Shown here one piece after another: positions 1 through 8,387 of a stretch of 34,627 nt of DNA. The notes under the pieces are model-generated. The model had not been told where the DNA came from, did not search any database, and saw only the letters and a program-made list of their open reading frames with translations. Made by a program: the position numbers and the translations under genes. Positions within the stretch are counted from its first letter, which is position 1. Every line of letters begins with the position of its first letter. This DNA is from an uncultured archaeon (lineage in GTDB: Archaea; Thermoplasmatota; Penumbrarchaeia; JASLWR01), in contig CAYFHS010000022.1 of the NCBI GenBank assembly GCA_964342815.1, forward strand, positions 33,948 to 68,574, read 5' to 3'.

Positions 1-141
1 TCCTTCCTTCTTCTTTTCCTTTTTCTCTTTTTTCTCCGCCTTTTTCGCCTTTTCTACTTTCTTTTTATCCTTTTTGCTTGTTTTTTTTCCTTCCTTCTTC
101 TTTTCCTTTTTCTCTTTTTTCTCCGCCTTTTTCGCCTTTTC
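1..141 (-). repeat. 87-bp (29-aa) direct repeat at the window edge, encoding EKAKKAEKKEKKEKKKEG...
   Basis: Positions 1-54 are repeated at 88-141. Confidence 0.85.
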
Positions 142-1203
142 TTTTTTCTTAACTATTTCCTTTTTTGGGGCGATTATATCCTTTACAACTTTTGCCCTAC
201 GCGTTCCGAAAACCTTAATTAAACCAACCCATCCTCCGTCTTTATAAGCTGCTTCAGCATTATTCAGATCCTTTTCTGAGGGTATCCAATTAACTTTTAT
301 TCTCTCTTTTTTCCCCGTCTTTTTAACTTTATCTTTTTTTGGCCGCCCGCGCTTTTTTTTCTCCGCCTTTTCCGTTTTCTTTTTCTCTTTCTTTTCAGCT
401 TTTTTAGTTTTTTCTTCTTTCTTTTTATCCTTTTTGCCGGCCTTTTTTATCTTTTTTTCTTTCTTTGCTTTTTCCTTTTTGGGCCGCCCGCGTTTTTTTT
501 TCTCTGCCTTTTCCGTTTTCTTTTTCTCTTTCTTTTCAGCTTTTTTCGTTTTTTCTTCCTTCTTTTTTTCCTTTTTACCGGCCTTTTTTATTTTTTCTTT
601 CTTCTTAACTTTTTCCTTTTTGGGCCGCCCACGCTTTTTTTTCTCTGCCTTTTCCGTTTTCTTTTTCTCTTTCTTTTCAGCTTTTTTCGTTTTTTCTTCA
701 TTCTTTGTTTTTTCTTTTTTAGGCCGCCCGCGCTTTTTTTTCTCCACCTTTTCCTCCTTTTTTGGGGCAATTATATCCTTTACCACTTTTGCCTTACGGG
801 TTCCGAAAACCTTCATAAGGCCCCTCCATCCGCCATCTTTATAAGCGATCTTACCCTTTTTGATATCATCCTCGGATGGTTTCCATTCTTCCTTTTTCTT
901 ATCTTCCCTTTCCTTCTTTTTCGATTTCTCTTTTTTCTCCTCTTTTTTTACCTTTTCTTCTTTAGAATGTTTGCTCTTTTTCTTTTCCTTTTTTTTCTTC
1001 TTTTCATCTCCAGACCAGGACACACTAATGGTTACTTTCCCATCTTTTCCGGAATCTTTTCCCTTTACCTTTACTTTGAAAATATCATTTGATTCTATGA
1101 TCCAACCGTGTTCACCGAAATAAGCGTTCAATGTCCCCTCAAAAAATGGTATCAATGCTTTTCTATTCATCTTTTTTTCGATTTTCATCTCGCTTTTTGC
1201 CAT
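1..1203 (-). CDS. Lys-rich, AT-hook-containing repetitive protein, putative nucleic-acid/chromatin-binding; 3'-truncated by the window edge; not in the supplied ORF track
   Basis: Manual translation of the minus-strand frame whose codons coincide with + triplets 1-3, 4-6 and so on. No stop between ATG 1203 (alternative ATG 1209) and position 1. Begins MAKSEMKIEKKMNRKALIPFFEGTLNAYFGEHGW..., then K/E-rich tracts, four KKKRGRPKK motifs and two copies of a 44-aa module. Lys 161/401 by manual count. A purine-rich AAGGGA lies just upstream of ATG 1203. Confidence 0.9.
   Translation of the reverse strand, partial: MAKSEMKIEKKMNRKALIPFFEGTLNAYFGEHGWIIESNDIFKVKVKGKDSGKDGKVTISVSWSGDEKKKKKEKKKSKHSKEEKVKKEEKKEKSKKKEREDKKKEEWKPSEDDIKKGKIAYKDGGWRGLMKVFGTRKAKVVKDIIAPKKEEKVEKKKRGRPKKEKTKNEEKTKKAEKKEKKKTEKAEKKKRGRPKKEKVKKKEKIKKAGKKEKKKEEKTKKAEKKEKKKTEKAEKKKRGRPKKEKAKKEKKIKKAGKKDKKKEEKTKKAEKKEKKKTEKAEKKKRGRPKKDKVKKTGKKERIKVNWIPSEKDLNNAEAAYKDGGWVGLIKVFGTRRAKVVKDIIAPKKEIVKKKEKAKKAEKKEKKEKKKEGKKTSKKDKKKVEKAKKAEKKEKKEKKKEG
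157..885 (-). repeat. Two copies of a 132-bp / 44-aa module (754-885 and 157-288; 597 bp apart)
   Basis: WKPSEDDIKKGKIAYKDGGWRGLMKVFGTRKAKVVKDIIAPKKE vs WIPSEKDLNNAEAAYKDGGWVGLIKVFGTRRAKVVKDIIAPKKE; 33/44 identical by manual count. Confidence 0.9.
340..732 (-). repeat. Intragenic tandem repeat of AT-hook units (RGRP codons at 721-732, 622-633, 481-492, 340-351; spacings 99, 141, 141 bp)
   Basis: Near-identical DNA units such as ggccgccc(g/a)cg(c/t)tttttt recur. Spacings are multiples of 3 (33, 47, 47 aa). Confidence 0.9.
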
Positions 1204-1579
1204 AAACATCCCTTCATTAAACTTTTATTATTAATAATAATATAATTGTGGGTAATCTATCGAATTTATATTAATATTTTCATTACTTTATTTTCGGATT
1301 TATTATTAATAAAATACATTTTTTAATGAGAGTTTACATTATTTCAAACATGGCCAGTATCTTCTTTATTCCTAGATAAAAGGTAAAATAGATCATAAAA
1401 ATAATGAAACTAAAAATTATGATTATTTTAATAATATTAATTATTATTAATTATCCAAAAATAAATTATCCTTTCGTATTTCCCAAATGAAAAAAAATAA
1501 GTAAAAGGATTAATACGATAATATGAAATAGCTACTGGTAACTGATATACTCCTGAATCCGCAAAGAGCAAATTGTCCC

Positions 1580-1585
1580 GGAGGA
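1580..1585 (+). promoter_or_regulatory. Shine-Dalgarno site for mutS
   Basis: GGAGGA 7 nt upstream of TTG 1593, which supports the TTG start (TPLMKQY matches the usual MutS N-terminus). Confidence 0.6.
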
Positions 1586-1592
1586 TCTTGAA

Positions 1593-4292
1593 TTGACAAA
1601 TTTGACCCCCCTTATGAAACAATACCTTGACATTAAAAAGGATTATCAAAATTGCGTACTGTTCTATCGCATGGGAGATTTCTACGAAATGTTCTACGAT
1701 GATGCCAAGGTGGCATCCAAAGAGCTTGATATAGTCCTCACATCCAGGGGTTTAGATAGGAATGGAAAAAAAATACCCCTGGCAGGAATTCCTTATCACG
1801 CGGTTGACAGTTATTTAACTCGAATGGTGAAAAGGGGCTATCACGTAGCAATCTGCGAGCAGGTGGAGGACCCGAAGCTCGCCAAGGGTATTGTCAAAAG
1901 GGAGGTGATCCGGGTGGTAACACCCGGTACGGTACTCGAGAGCAATCTCCTTTCGGACAACAGCAACAATTATCTGATCGGGATAACCAGAAGCGGAATG
2001 AATTATGGTATCGCAGTGGTGGATGTTTCAACTGGTGAATTCTTTACAACACAACTCGAGGGAAACGATGCCGAAAGCAAATTAACTAGTGAGATATTGC
2101 GCTTCGATCCCGCCGAATGCATTCTCCCAGAGAGCCTGGTCAATGACTCAGATTTCCTGAAGAAACTGCAGAACATCTCAAAGGTTGCTGTAACCCCTTT
2201 CAGCGACCAGTTTTTTGAGGCCACCATTGCATACAAGAATCTCGTGGATCATTACAACGTTATAAGTCTTGAGGGCATGGGATGCGAGAACATGCCTCTC
2301 GCAATCGAAGCCGCAGGCGGGGTCCTCTCCTATTTGAGAGATACTCAAATGTCGGGTTTGGAGCATCTTCATGTGCTTTCCACGTATTTTATGAATGATT
2401 ACATGGTACTGGACGGAGCAACCTTGAGGAATCTTGAACTGGCGAAGAACATAATCGATGGAACGAAGAAAGGGACTCTCCTTGACATTCTCGACAGTAC
2501 CGTATCGGCAATGGGTGCGCGTTTGCTGCGAAAGTGGCTCACCCGCCCGCTTCTGGACTTGGACAAAATAAAACAGCGCCTGGATGCAGTGGAAGAACTT
2601 GGAACAAATAATTTTTTACGCCATGACCTGAGAGAACAGTTGAACAAGATACTGGACCTCGAAAGACTGATCGGAAGGGTGGTGTACGGATCTGCTAATG
2701 CAAGAGACTTGGTAGCCATAAAGTTGTCACTGAAAAAGATACCCCGTATAATATCACTGCTGGATGAATGCAAACCACCTCTAGAGGGATATTTGCTTCG
2801 TAACATCATGCACAACCTTGACCCATTAAGTGATCTGGTGGATAGTATTGACAGAGCCATTGTCGATGATCCCCCATTGACGGTTAGGGAGGGTGGTATG
2901 GTGGAGACCGGCTATGACGAATATCTCGACACCTTGCGGGATATTACAAAAAAAGGGCGAACCTGGATTAAGAAGCTTGAAGAGGACGAGAGGGAACGGA
3001 CGAAGATCCCGAATCTCAGGGTCAAATACAACAAAATATTCGGGTACTTCATTGAGATTACCCAGACACACAAGGAGCTGGTCCCCGAGGACTACAATCT
3101 CAAACAAACGCTGAAGAACAGAGAACGGTACGTCACCCCCGAGTTGAAACGGAAAGAGGAAGAAGTAATTTCGGCAAAAGACAAGATCGAAACATTGGAA
3201 TACGAGATATTCTGCCGCATCCGGGATGAAGTAGCGTCCAAGGCTGTGAAGATACAGCATGTTGCTGCCATCGTCGCAAAGCTCGATGTCCTAGCAACTT
3301 TCGCCCATGTTTCCGTGCTAAACGGATATGTTAAGCCAAACCTATACAACAATGATGAACTGCATATCAAGGGTGGCCGGCATCCCGTGGTGGAGAGCAT
3401 GATCGAGGATTCCTTCATACCTAATGATACAGACCTTGATCTCGATGACAACCAATTAATAGTTATAACCGGTCCCAATATGAGCGGCAAATCGACCTAT
3501 ATGCGCCAGGTGGCACTGATAGTCATCATGGCGCAGATGGGATGTTTCATTCCGGCGGAAGAAGTTCATATTGGATTATGTGACAGGGTTTTCACCAGAG
3601 TTGGAGCTCATGATGACCTGGCCAGGGGGCAGTCAACTTTCATGGTTGAGATGATAGAGCTGGCAAATATTCTCAATTCCGCCTCATCACGATCCCTGAT
3701 AATTCTGGATGAGGTAGGACGGGGAACATCCACATTCGACGGCCTATCCATTGCCTGGGCAGTGTCCGAATATATTCATAACAGGGATTCTGTGGGAGCA
3801 AAATGCCTCTTTGCCACTCATTATCATCACCTGACTGAACTGGAAAAGGCACTTTCTAGGGTAAAGAATTTTCATCTCACTGCCAAACATATGGATGATG
3901 ACATTATCTTTATTAGAAAGATCAAGCCAGGTGGAACCGACAAAAGTTATGGAATAGACGTGGCAAAATTGGCTGGCCTCCCTATTTCCGTCATCGAAAG
4001 AGCAAAGGAAGTACTCCTGAAGATCGAGGAGGCAAACGTATTGGGGGTTAATCGTGAAGAAAAACTCGTTAAAGTCAGAAAGACCGACCGGGTGAGGTTC
4101 ACCGATGAGATTACAAAAGCCAAGGCCGGATTTACCCAGACATTACTTTTCTCCCCCAAGGAGGAAAAAGAACCGGATGCAGTTGTTGAAAAGATAAAGA
4201 CACTGGATCTGGATCATTTAAGACCCGTTGAGGCGCTTCTGGAACTTTATCAGCTTCAAAAAGAAATATTCAAGAGAGATAAGACCGGTTAA
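1593..4292 (+). CDS. mutS: DNA mismatch repair protein MutS (MutS1)
   Basis: TPLMKQY, FYRMGDFYEMF mismatch-binding motif, Walker A GPNMSGKST, STFMVEM, LDEVGRGTSTFDG, FATHYH, SYGIDVAKLAGLP; 899 aa. Confidence 0.98.
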   Translation: MTNLTPLMKQYLDIKKDYQNCVLFYRMGDFYEMFYDDAKVASKELDIVLTSRGLDRNGKKIPLAGIPYHAVDSYLTRMVKRGYHVAICEQVEDPKLAKGIVKREVIRVVTPGTVLESNLLSDNSNNYLIGITRSGMNYGIAVVDVSTGEFFTTQLEGNDAESKLTSEILRFDPAECILPESLVNDSDFLKKLQNISKVAVTPFSDQFFEATIAYKNLVDHYNVISLEGMGCENMPLAIEAAGGVLSYLRDTQMSGLEHLHVLSTYFMNDYMVLDGATLRNLELAKNIIDGTKKGTLLDILDSTVSAMGARLLRKWLTRPLLDLDKIKQRLDAVEELGTNNFLRHDLREQLNKILDLERLIGRVVYGSANARDLVAIKLSLKKIPRIISLLDECKPPLEGYLLRNIMHNLDPLSDLVDSIDRAIVDDPPLTVREGGMVETGYDEYLDTLRDITKKGRTWIKKLEEDERERTKIPNLRVKYNKIFGYFIEITQTHKELVPEDYNLKQTLKNRERYVTPELKRKEEEVISAKDKIETLEYEIFCRIRDEVASKAVKIQHVAAIVAKLDVLATFAHVSVLNGYVKPNLYNNDELHIKGGRHPVVESMIEDSFIPNDTDLDLDDNQLIVITGPNMSGKSTYMRQVALIVIMAQMGCFIPAEEVHIGLCDRVFTRVGAHDDLARGQSTFMVEMIELANILNSASSRSLIILDEVGRGTSTFDGLSIAWAVSEYIHNRDSVGAKCLFATHYHHLTELEKALSRVKNFHLTAKHMDDDIIFIRKIKPGGTDKSYGIDVAKLAGLPISVIERAKEVLLKIEEANVLGVNREEKLVKVRKTDRVRFTDEITKAKAGFTQTLLFSPKEEKEPDAVVEKIKTLDLDHLRPVEALLELYQLQKEIFKRDKTG

Positions 4293-4337
4293 GGTGGTGA
4301 TACCTTCTTTTTTTCCAGATCCGATTTCATAGAAGCA

Positions 4338-5375
4338 ATGGATCGTTTACCTCGATATTTCAGGATCCGAAAAGGGAAATCTACTGCCCGATACATTCAA
4401 GCAAAGATGATATATTTTTTACGTGGAAAGGCGGAGATTAGCGAAACCGATATAGATATATTGTGGAAGATGCACGAGGAAGGTCTTTTCCGCCAAGGCC
4501 AACTCACTAATAGTAATCCGAAATATATGAAATCCCGCAAATCGGCCGATGTGAAAGTATCGCTATTGGATGTGAAACACGAGTTAGCTCGACGCATGTT
4601 CATGGATTGTACCTTTTGCGAGCATCTGTGTCATGTTGATCGAACGAAGACTTTAGGATGGTGTAAGGTAGGAACACCTTATCTGTCTTCTGAGTTTATT
4701 CATATGGGAGAGGAGACCGAATTGATACCTTCTCATACCTTCTTCTTCTCCGGTTGCACCCTAAAATGCGTTTTCTGTCAGAACTGGGATATTTCTCAGA
4801 ATCCCGAGGCAGGTATTTCACTTAGTTCCGATGATTTTATAAAAAGGATCGAGAAGAACTCTAACCGGTCGGTTAATGTGAACTGGGTTGGAGGCGATCC
4901 AACGCCCAATATTCCGTTCATTCTGGAGGTTCTGTCGAAAGCGAATATGAACATTGCTCAAGTCTGGAATTCGAACATGTATCTCTCTGACGCTTCGATG
5001 CGGTTATTGGAAGGGGTGGTGGACGTTTATCTCACTGACTTCAAATATGGAAATAACGACTGTGGACAAAGGCTTTCAAAGATCGATCATTATTGGGATA
5101 TGGTAAAACGCAATCATATGGATGCTGGCAAACGGGGGGAGCTAATAGTACGCCACCTTGTAATGCCAGGTCATGCGGAATGCTGCTCTGAGCCGATACT
5201 TCATTTTTTAGGAGAAAATCTCGACAAAGGAAGGCTTCGGCTCAACGTTATGGGACAATACCGGCCGGAATACAAGGCTGGAGAGTACAAGGAGATTTCG
5301 AGAAGACCCACTATTGAAGAAATAAATTTGACTAAAGAATTGGCAACGGAGCTTGGACTGCCCTTATGCGATTAG
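4338..5375 (+). CDS. Radical SAM protein, PflX-like family (pyruvate-formate-lyase-activating-enzyme-like), function unknown
   Basis: FSGCTLKCVFCQNWDISQ (CxxxCxxC), N-terminal CTFCEHLCHVDR...C, VGGDPTPN, WNSNMY, DFKYGN, RHLVMPGH, MGQYRP. Confidence 0.85.
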   Translation: MDRLPRYFRIRKGKSTARYIQAKMIYFLRGKAEISETDIDILWKMHEEGLFRQGQLTNSNPKYMKSRKSADVKVSLLDVKHELARRMFMDCTFCEHLCHVDRTKTLGWCKVGTPYLSSEFIHMGEETELIPSHTFFFSGCTLKCVFCQNWDISQNPEAGISLSSDDFIKRIEKNSNRSVNVNWVGGDPTPNIPFILEVLSKANMNIAQVWNSNMYLSDASMRLLEGVVDVYLTDFKYGNNDCGQRLSKIDHYWDMVKRNHMDAGKRGELIVRHLVMPGHAECCSEPILHFLGENLDKGRLRLNVMGQYRPEYKAGEYKEISRRPTIEEINLTKELATELGLPLCD

Positions 5376-5399
5376 AAAATAAAATAAACCTCGTTAGAA

Positions 5400-5591
5400 T
5401 CAGTCGAGAGATTTTCTCATTTTCCGCGTTACGTATCCAGCAACCCGGTTCCTTAGAGTTTTCGTGCGTATGTCCGACAATTCCTGGACCATCTTCTTAT
5501 TGAATTCAAAATCATGTTTGAACTTCCGCCCGTGTTTTTCCAGCAACTCCTGACCCAGTCGTTTGATATATGTCGGTTTGATATTTCCCAT
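5400..5591 (-). CDS. rps17e: 30S ribosomal protein S17e
   Basis: MGNIKPTYIKR...F..DFEFNKKMV...TKTLRNRVAGYVTR is the S17e signature. Start placed at ATG 5591 rather than 5600. Confidence 0.96.
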   Translation of the reverse strand: MGNIKPTYIKRLGQELLEKHGRKFKHDFEFNKKMVQELSDIRTKTLRNRVAGYVTRKMRKSLD

Positions 5592-5644
5592 ACGAATCAC
5601 AGTTTTTCCTTCAGCTTGGTACGGAGGCCGAATGTAAATTACAG

Positions 5645-5659
5645 TATTTTAAATTTTTC
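5645..5659 (-). promoter_or_regulatory. Putative BRE + TATA box for rps17e
   Basis: Minus strand reads GAAAAA-TTTAAAATA about 54 nt upstream of the start codon, fitting the archaeal promoter consensus. Confidence 0.5.
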
Positions 5660-5966
5660 TGAAAAGTCTTAAGGAAAGGAATCGTCTCGAAAATCGTCCA
5701 TTTGTACCTGTTCCATATGACTTTGTTATGAGCAATATACACTTCATCCAAGGAAAAAATAGAAACACGTTCACAAAAGACATAAATTTCTGTAAATATA
5801 TTCTCCTGGATGAGATAAGCTAATACTCTGGATACAAACGACCATAAAAACTAAATATCACACGAGTCTACACCTTGGTTTGAAACGGGAAAATTGTAAT
5901 TATTTTCAAAAACGCTGACTGCCGCACCATCATGATCAATGAATTAAATGGAACCTGGGATTATCT

Positions 5967-7622
5967 ATGTATGGAAAATTTATTTTATTTGGTCTAATAA
6001 TTTTGGGCATTGCTTTTGTCAGGGTCATCAGACCGAAATCTATGAAATATTTAACATTTCTTGAAGTATTCAAAAGGGTACCATTAGTCCTAAAAAAATA
6101 CAAATGGCACATGTTCTTCTTTGCCGTAATCTACTTTGAGAAGAATTACGTGGATAAATTGAATGATCCCATAAGATATGGTCTGAACCTGGATTTCACT
6201 AATTACATATACTATTTGGAAAAACCCTTCATACATTTGCTTCAAAAAGGAATCTTAAATACCAACACTGTTTTCGCGGTGTATTTTACTTACATAGTCG
6301 GGTCTCTTTATCTCCTTCTATATATCTTCATAAATTATTTCTCAGTGACATATTTTGCCTTTATCGATCGCAGGAAGCTTGCCAATACCATGGTGTTGAA
6401 TTACATGGTAATATACCTGATCTCAATACCTTTTTACCTGTTCATGCCGGTGGATGTCACTGGTCAGGTTCACCCAAAGATGCAGACCCTTCTATACGAT
6501 CTTTCCCCCTGGTATCACAATTTCTTTGTCTCTGTTGACCCATTTGACAACTGCATGCCATCTTTGCATATTGCCATACCCCTTGGAATGTTGATATTTA
6601 TCATGATGGAACGAAAAAGAACGAGGACCAAGGAATACAACCGATTCATTGGATTGCTTGTGGCAGTAAATGTATTTTTTACGTTTGCGATAATATATCT
6701 GGGCATACATTGGTATATCGACATCCTCGGAGGAGTGCTGATAGCTCTATTCGGTGTATATATCATTAAACGGATCGAACCCGGATTGTGGAAAAAAATA
6801 AATACCATCGAGTTTGAATTGAGGATCTATCTCGATATGGTTCAACCCAGGAATACATCGAAAATGATACATTTAAGGCGCATTTTAGCCTTCTTTATCG
6901 ATGTTATTCTGATCGGCATACCAGCGGTGCTTATCTATGGATTTCCCGGATCGTACATAGTGCCCGACGAACCTTCTCTGATATTCTTTTTCATACTTTT
7001 ATTCATTTACTGGACCTCCATGGAATATGCCGTACATACCACTCTTGGAAAGATGCTCTTTGGTATGAAGATCACTGACCATTTTAATACTCCGAAAGAT
7101 GAGCTTCCCAAAAAACTGCTGATGGTATGGAATGAAATGGATACTAAAAGAGAAAAACTAAAGGTAATCAAAAGCACGCGATCTTTGCTTGCAATAATGT
7201 TCGACTTCTCGTTTGTATTCATGCCTTTATTCCTTTTTGTGGGGATCATCCCGTCTATATCCGGAAACATACCCATCGTCTTTCTAATATCATGTGCTCT
7301 CTTCTTCAGTTACTTTTTTATTTCGAGAATCTTCTTCTCCTCCGGACTCGGCGGATTCATAGCGAAGAAATTGATTTCTAACATTGGCATCGAATATCAG
7401 AGACGATACGGACACGTAATGTTCCATGCTAAGAGGATAATTTATAAGACATTTACTTTCCTGATTGTTGCGGACGCTCTTGCGGACTTACTGATAAAAT
7501 GGATATTCAAAGGCAAGGAAAGCGATATTCATCGATTACATAGGATTAAACGAAGAGGTTCAGCTCGAAAAATAATTAAAGGAAATGATGGGAGTTTATC
7601 CGGAACTGAAGGACAGGATTAA
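5967..7622 (+). CDS. Membrane protein: PAP2/inositol-phosphorylceramide-synthase-like domain fused to RDD-like domain(s)
   Basis: MPSLH and YLGIHWYIDILGG (Aur1-type PAP2 motifs), then RRILAFFIDVIL...TLGKMLFGMKI (RDD signature) and a degenerate second RSLLAIMFDF; many TM segments. Confidence 0.75.
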   Translation: MYGKFILFGLIILGIAFVRVIRPKSMKYLTFLEVFKRVPLVLKKYKWHMFFFAVIYFEKNYVDKLNDPIRYGLNLDFTNYIYYLEKPFIHLLQKGILNTNTVFAVYFTYIVGSLYLLLYIFINYFSVTYFAFIDRRKLANTMVLNYMVIYLISIPFYLFMPVDVTGQVHPKMQTLLYDLSPWYHNFFVSVDPFDNCMPSLHIAIPLGMLIFIMMERKRTRTKEYNRFIGLLVAVNVFFTFAIIYLGIHWYIDILGGVLIALFGVYIIKRIEPGLWKKINTIEFELRIYLDMVQPRNTSKMIHLRRILAFFIDVILIGIPAVLIYGFPGSYIVPDEPSLIFFFILLFIYWTSMEYAVHTTLGKMLFGMKITDHFNTPKDELPKKLLMVWNEMDTKREKLKVIKSTRSLLAIMFDFSFVFMPLFLFVGIIPSISGNIPIVFLISCALFFSYFFISRIFFSSGLGGFIAKKLISNIGIEYQRRYGHVMFHAKRIIYKTFTFLIVADALADLLIKWIFKGKESDIHRLHRIKRRGSARKIIKGNDGSLSGTEGQD

Positions 7623-7685
7623 CAAAATAAATATCTATATAAAGGATTTCATATGTTCTTCTTTGAATAATAAAGAAATAATTAT

Positions 7686-8387
7686 ATGGCAGATAATAAT
7701 TTCAGGGTAATTATTTATACTATCATATTTCATTTGATGCCGACTTTTAATTGGTTGGAAAAAAAAGAACTGGTGTGCATTTTGAATCCCGATTTTGAAT
7801 CAAACATTACATTTGATAGGATAATCGTCATCATGACCGTTCTCTCCATAATCCTTCTGTCTTTAACATATACGGTCGAAGGAGTAAGGTCATTTACCCT
7901 AAGTGAGGGAGAGATTGAGACAGAAGCCCTGGGGGGGCATGATGTCATAAAGGTATACATAACGGTGTTGACGCCAAATGCATCCATAGACGTGTATGTT
8001 CTTCCTACAGAAATATATTCGGAGAACCGTAAACTTCAAAATGATTTTTTCCCGCTTGAAAATTACACGAGATTGAACCTGACAACAAATATCACCTACT
8101 CATTTCGGTTTTTTGAAGATGAATTTCCGACTTATGAAATAATCCTGGATAATTCGGACAATATTCACGAAAATGATACCGTACCTGTGGAGAATCTCAC
8201 CATAAAGGTAAAGGTAAGAATGAGTTTTCCCGAAAGAGGTGATTCTGCGATCTATAAGGGAATAATCGCATCGTTTCTAGTATTCCTGTTTTGTGGTTCA
8301 GTAGTTGCGAAGAGCATTCGCAACCGATTACGAAAAAAGAAATCATCATTGGGAAAATCGGGGAAAGATGCAGAGAAGGGGGATTAG
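7686..8387 (+). CDS. Hypothetical membrane-anchored/cell-surface protein
   Basis: N-terminal hydrophobic segment, beta-rich middle (IDVYVL...TYEIILDN) with several NxT sequons, C-terminal TM plus basic tail (RNRLRKKK). Start uncertain. Confidence 0.6.
   Translation: MADNNFRVIIYTIIFHLMPTFNWLEKKELVCILNPDFESNITFDRIIVIMTVLSIILLSLTYTVEGVRSFTLSEGEIETEALGGHDVIKVYITVLTPNASIDVYVLPTEIYSENRKLQNDFFPLENYTRLNLTTNITYSFRFFEDEFPTYEIILDNSDNIHENDTVPVENLTIKVKVRMSFPERGDSAIYKGIIASFLVFLFCGSVVAKSIRNRLRKKKSSLGKSGKDAEKGD

Noticed and set aside
588-770. 60-aa Lys/Arg-rich minus-strand ORF in the track
   Set aside because: Alternative frame inside the much longer open frame 1203-1; produced by the purine-rich composition.
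1-900. Repeats as a CRISPR array or a non-coding microsatellite
   Set aside because: No constant repeat with unique spacers and no cas genes; all periods are multiples of 3 within an open frame.
434-1123. Phe/Ser-rich + strand ORFs 434-844 and 860-1123
   Set aside because: Antisense shadows of the Lys/Glu codons of the real minus-strand gene; LGRPRFF is the mirror of KKRGRPK.
1210-1592. Very AT-rich spacer as a replication origin, and the 70-aa ORF 1437-1649
   Set aside because: No ORB-like motif seen and no cdc6/orc gene nearby. The ORF overlaps mutS antisense and has no recognisable features.
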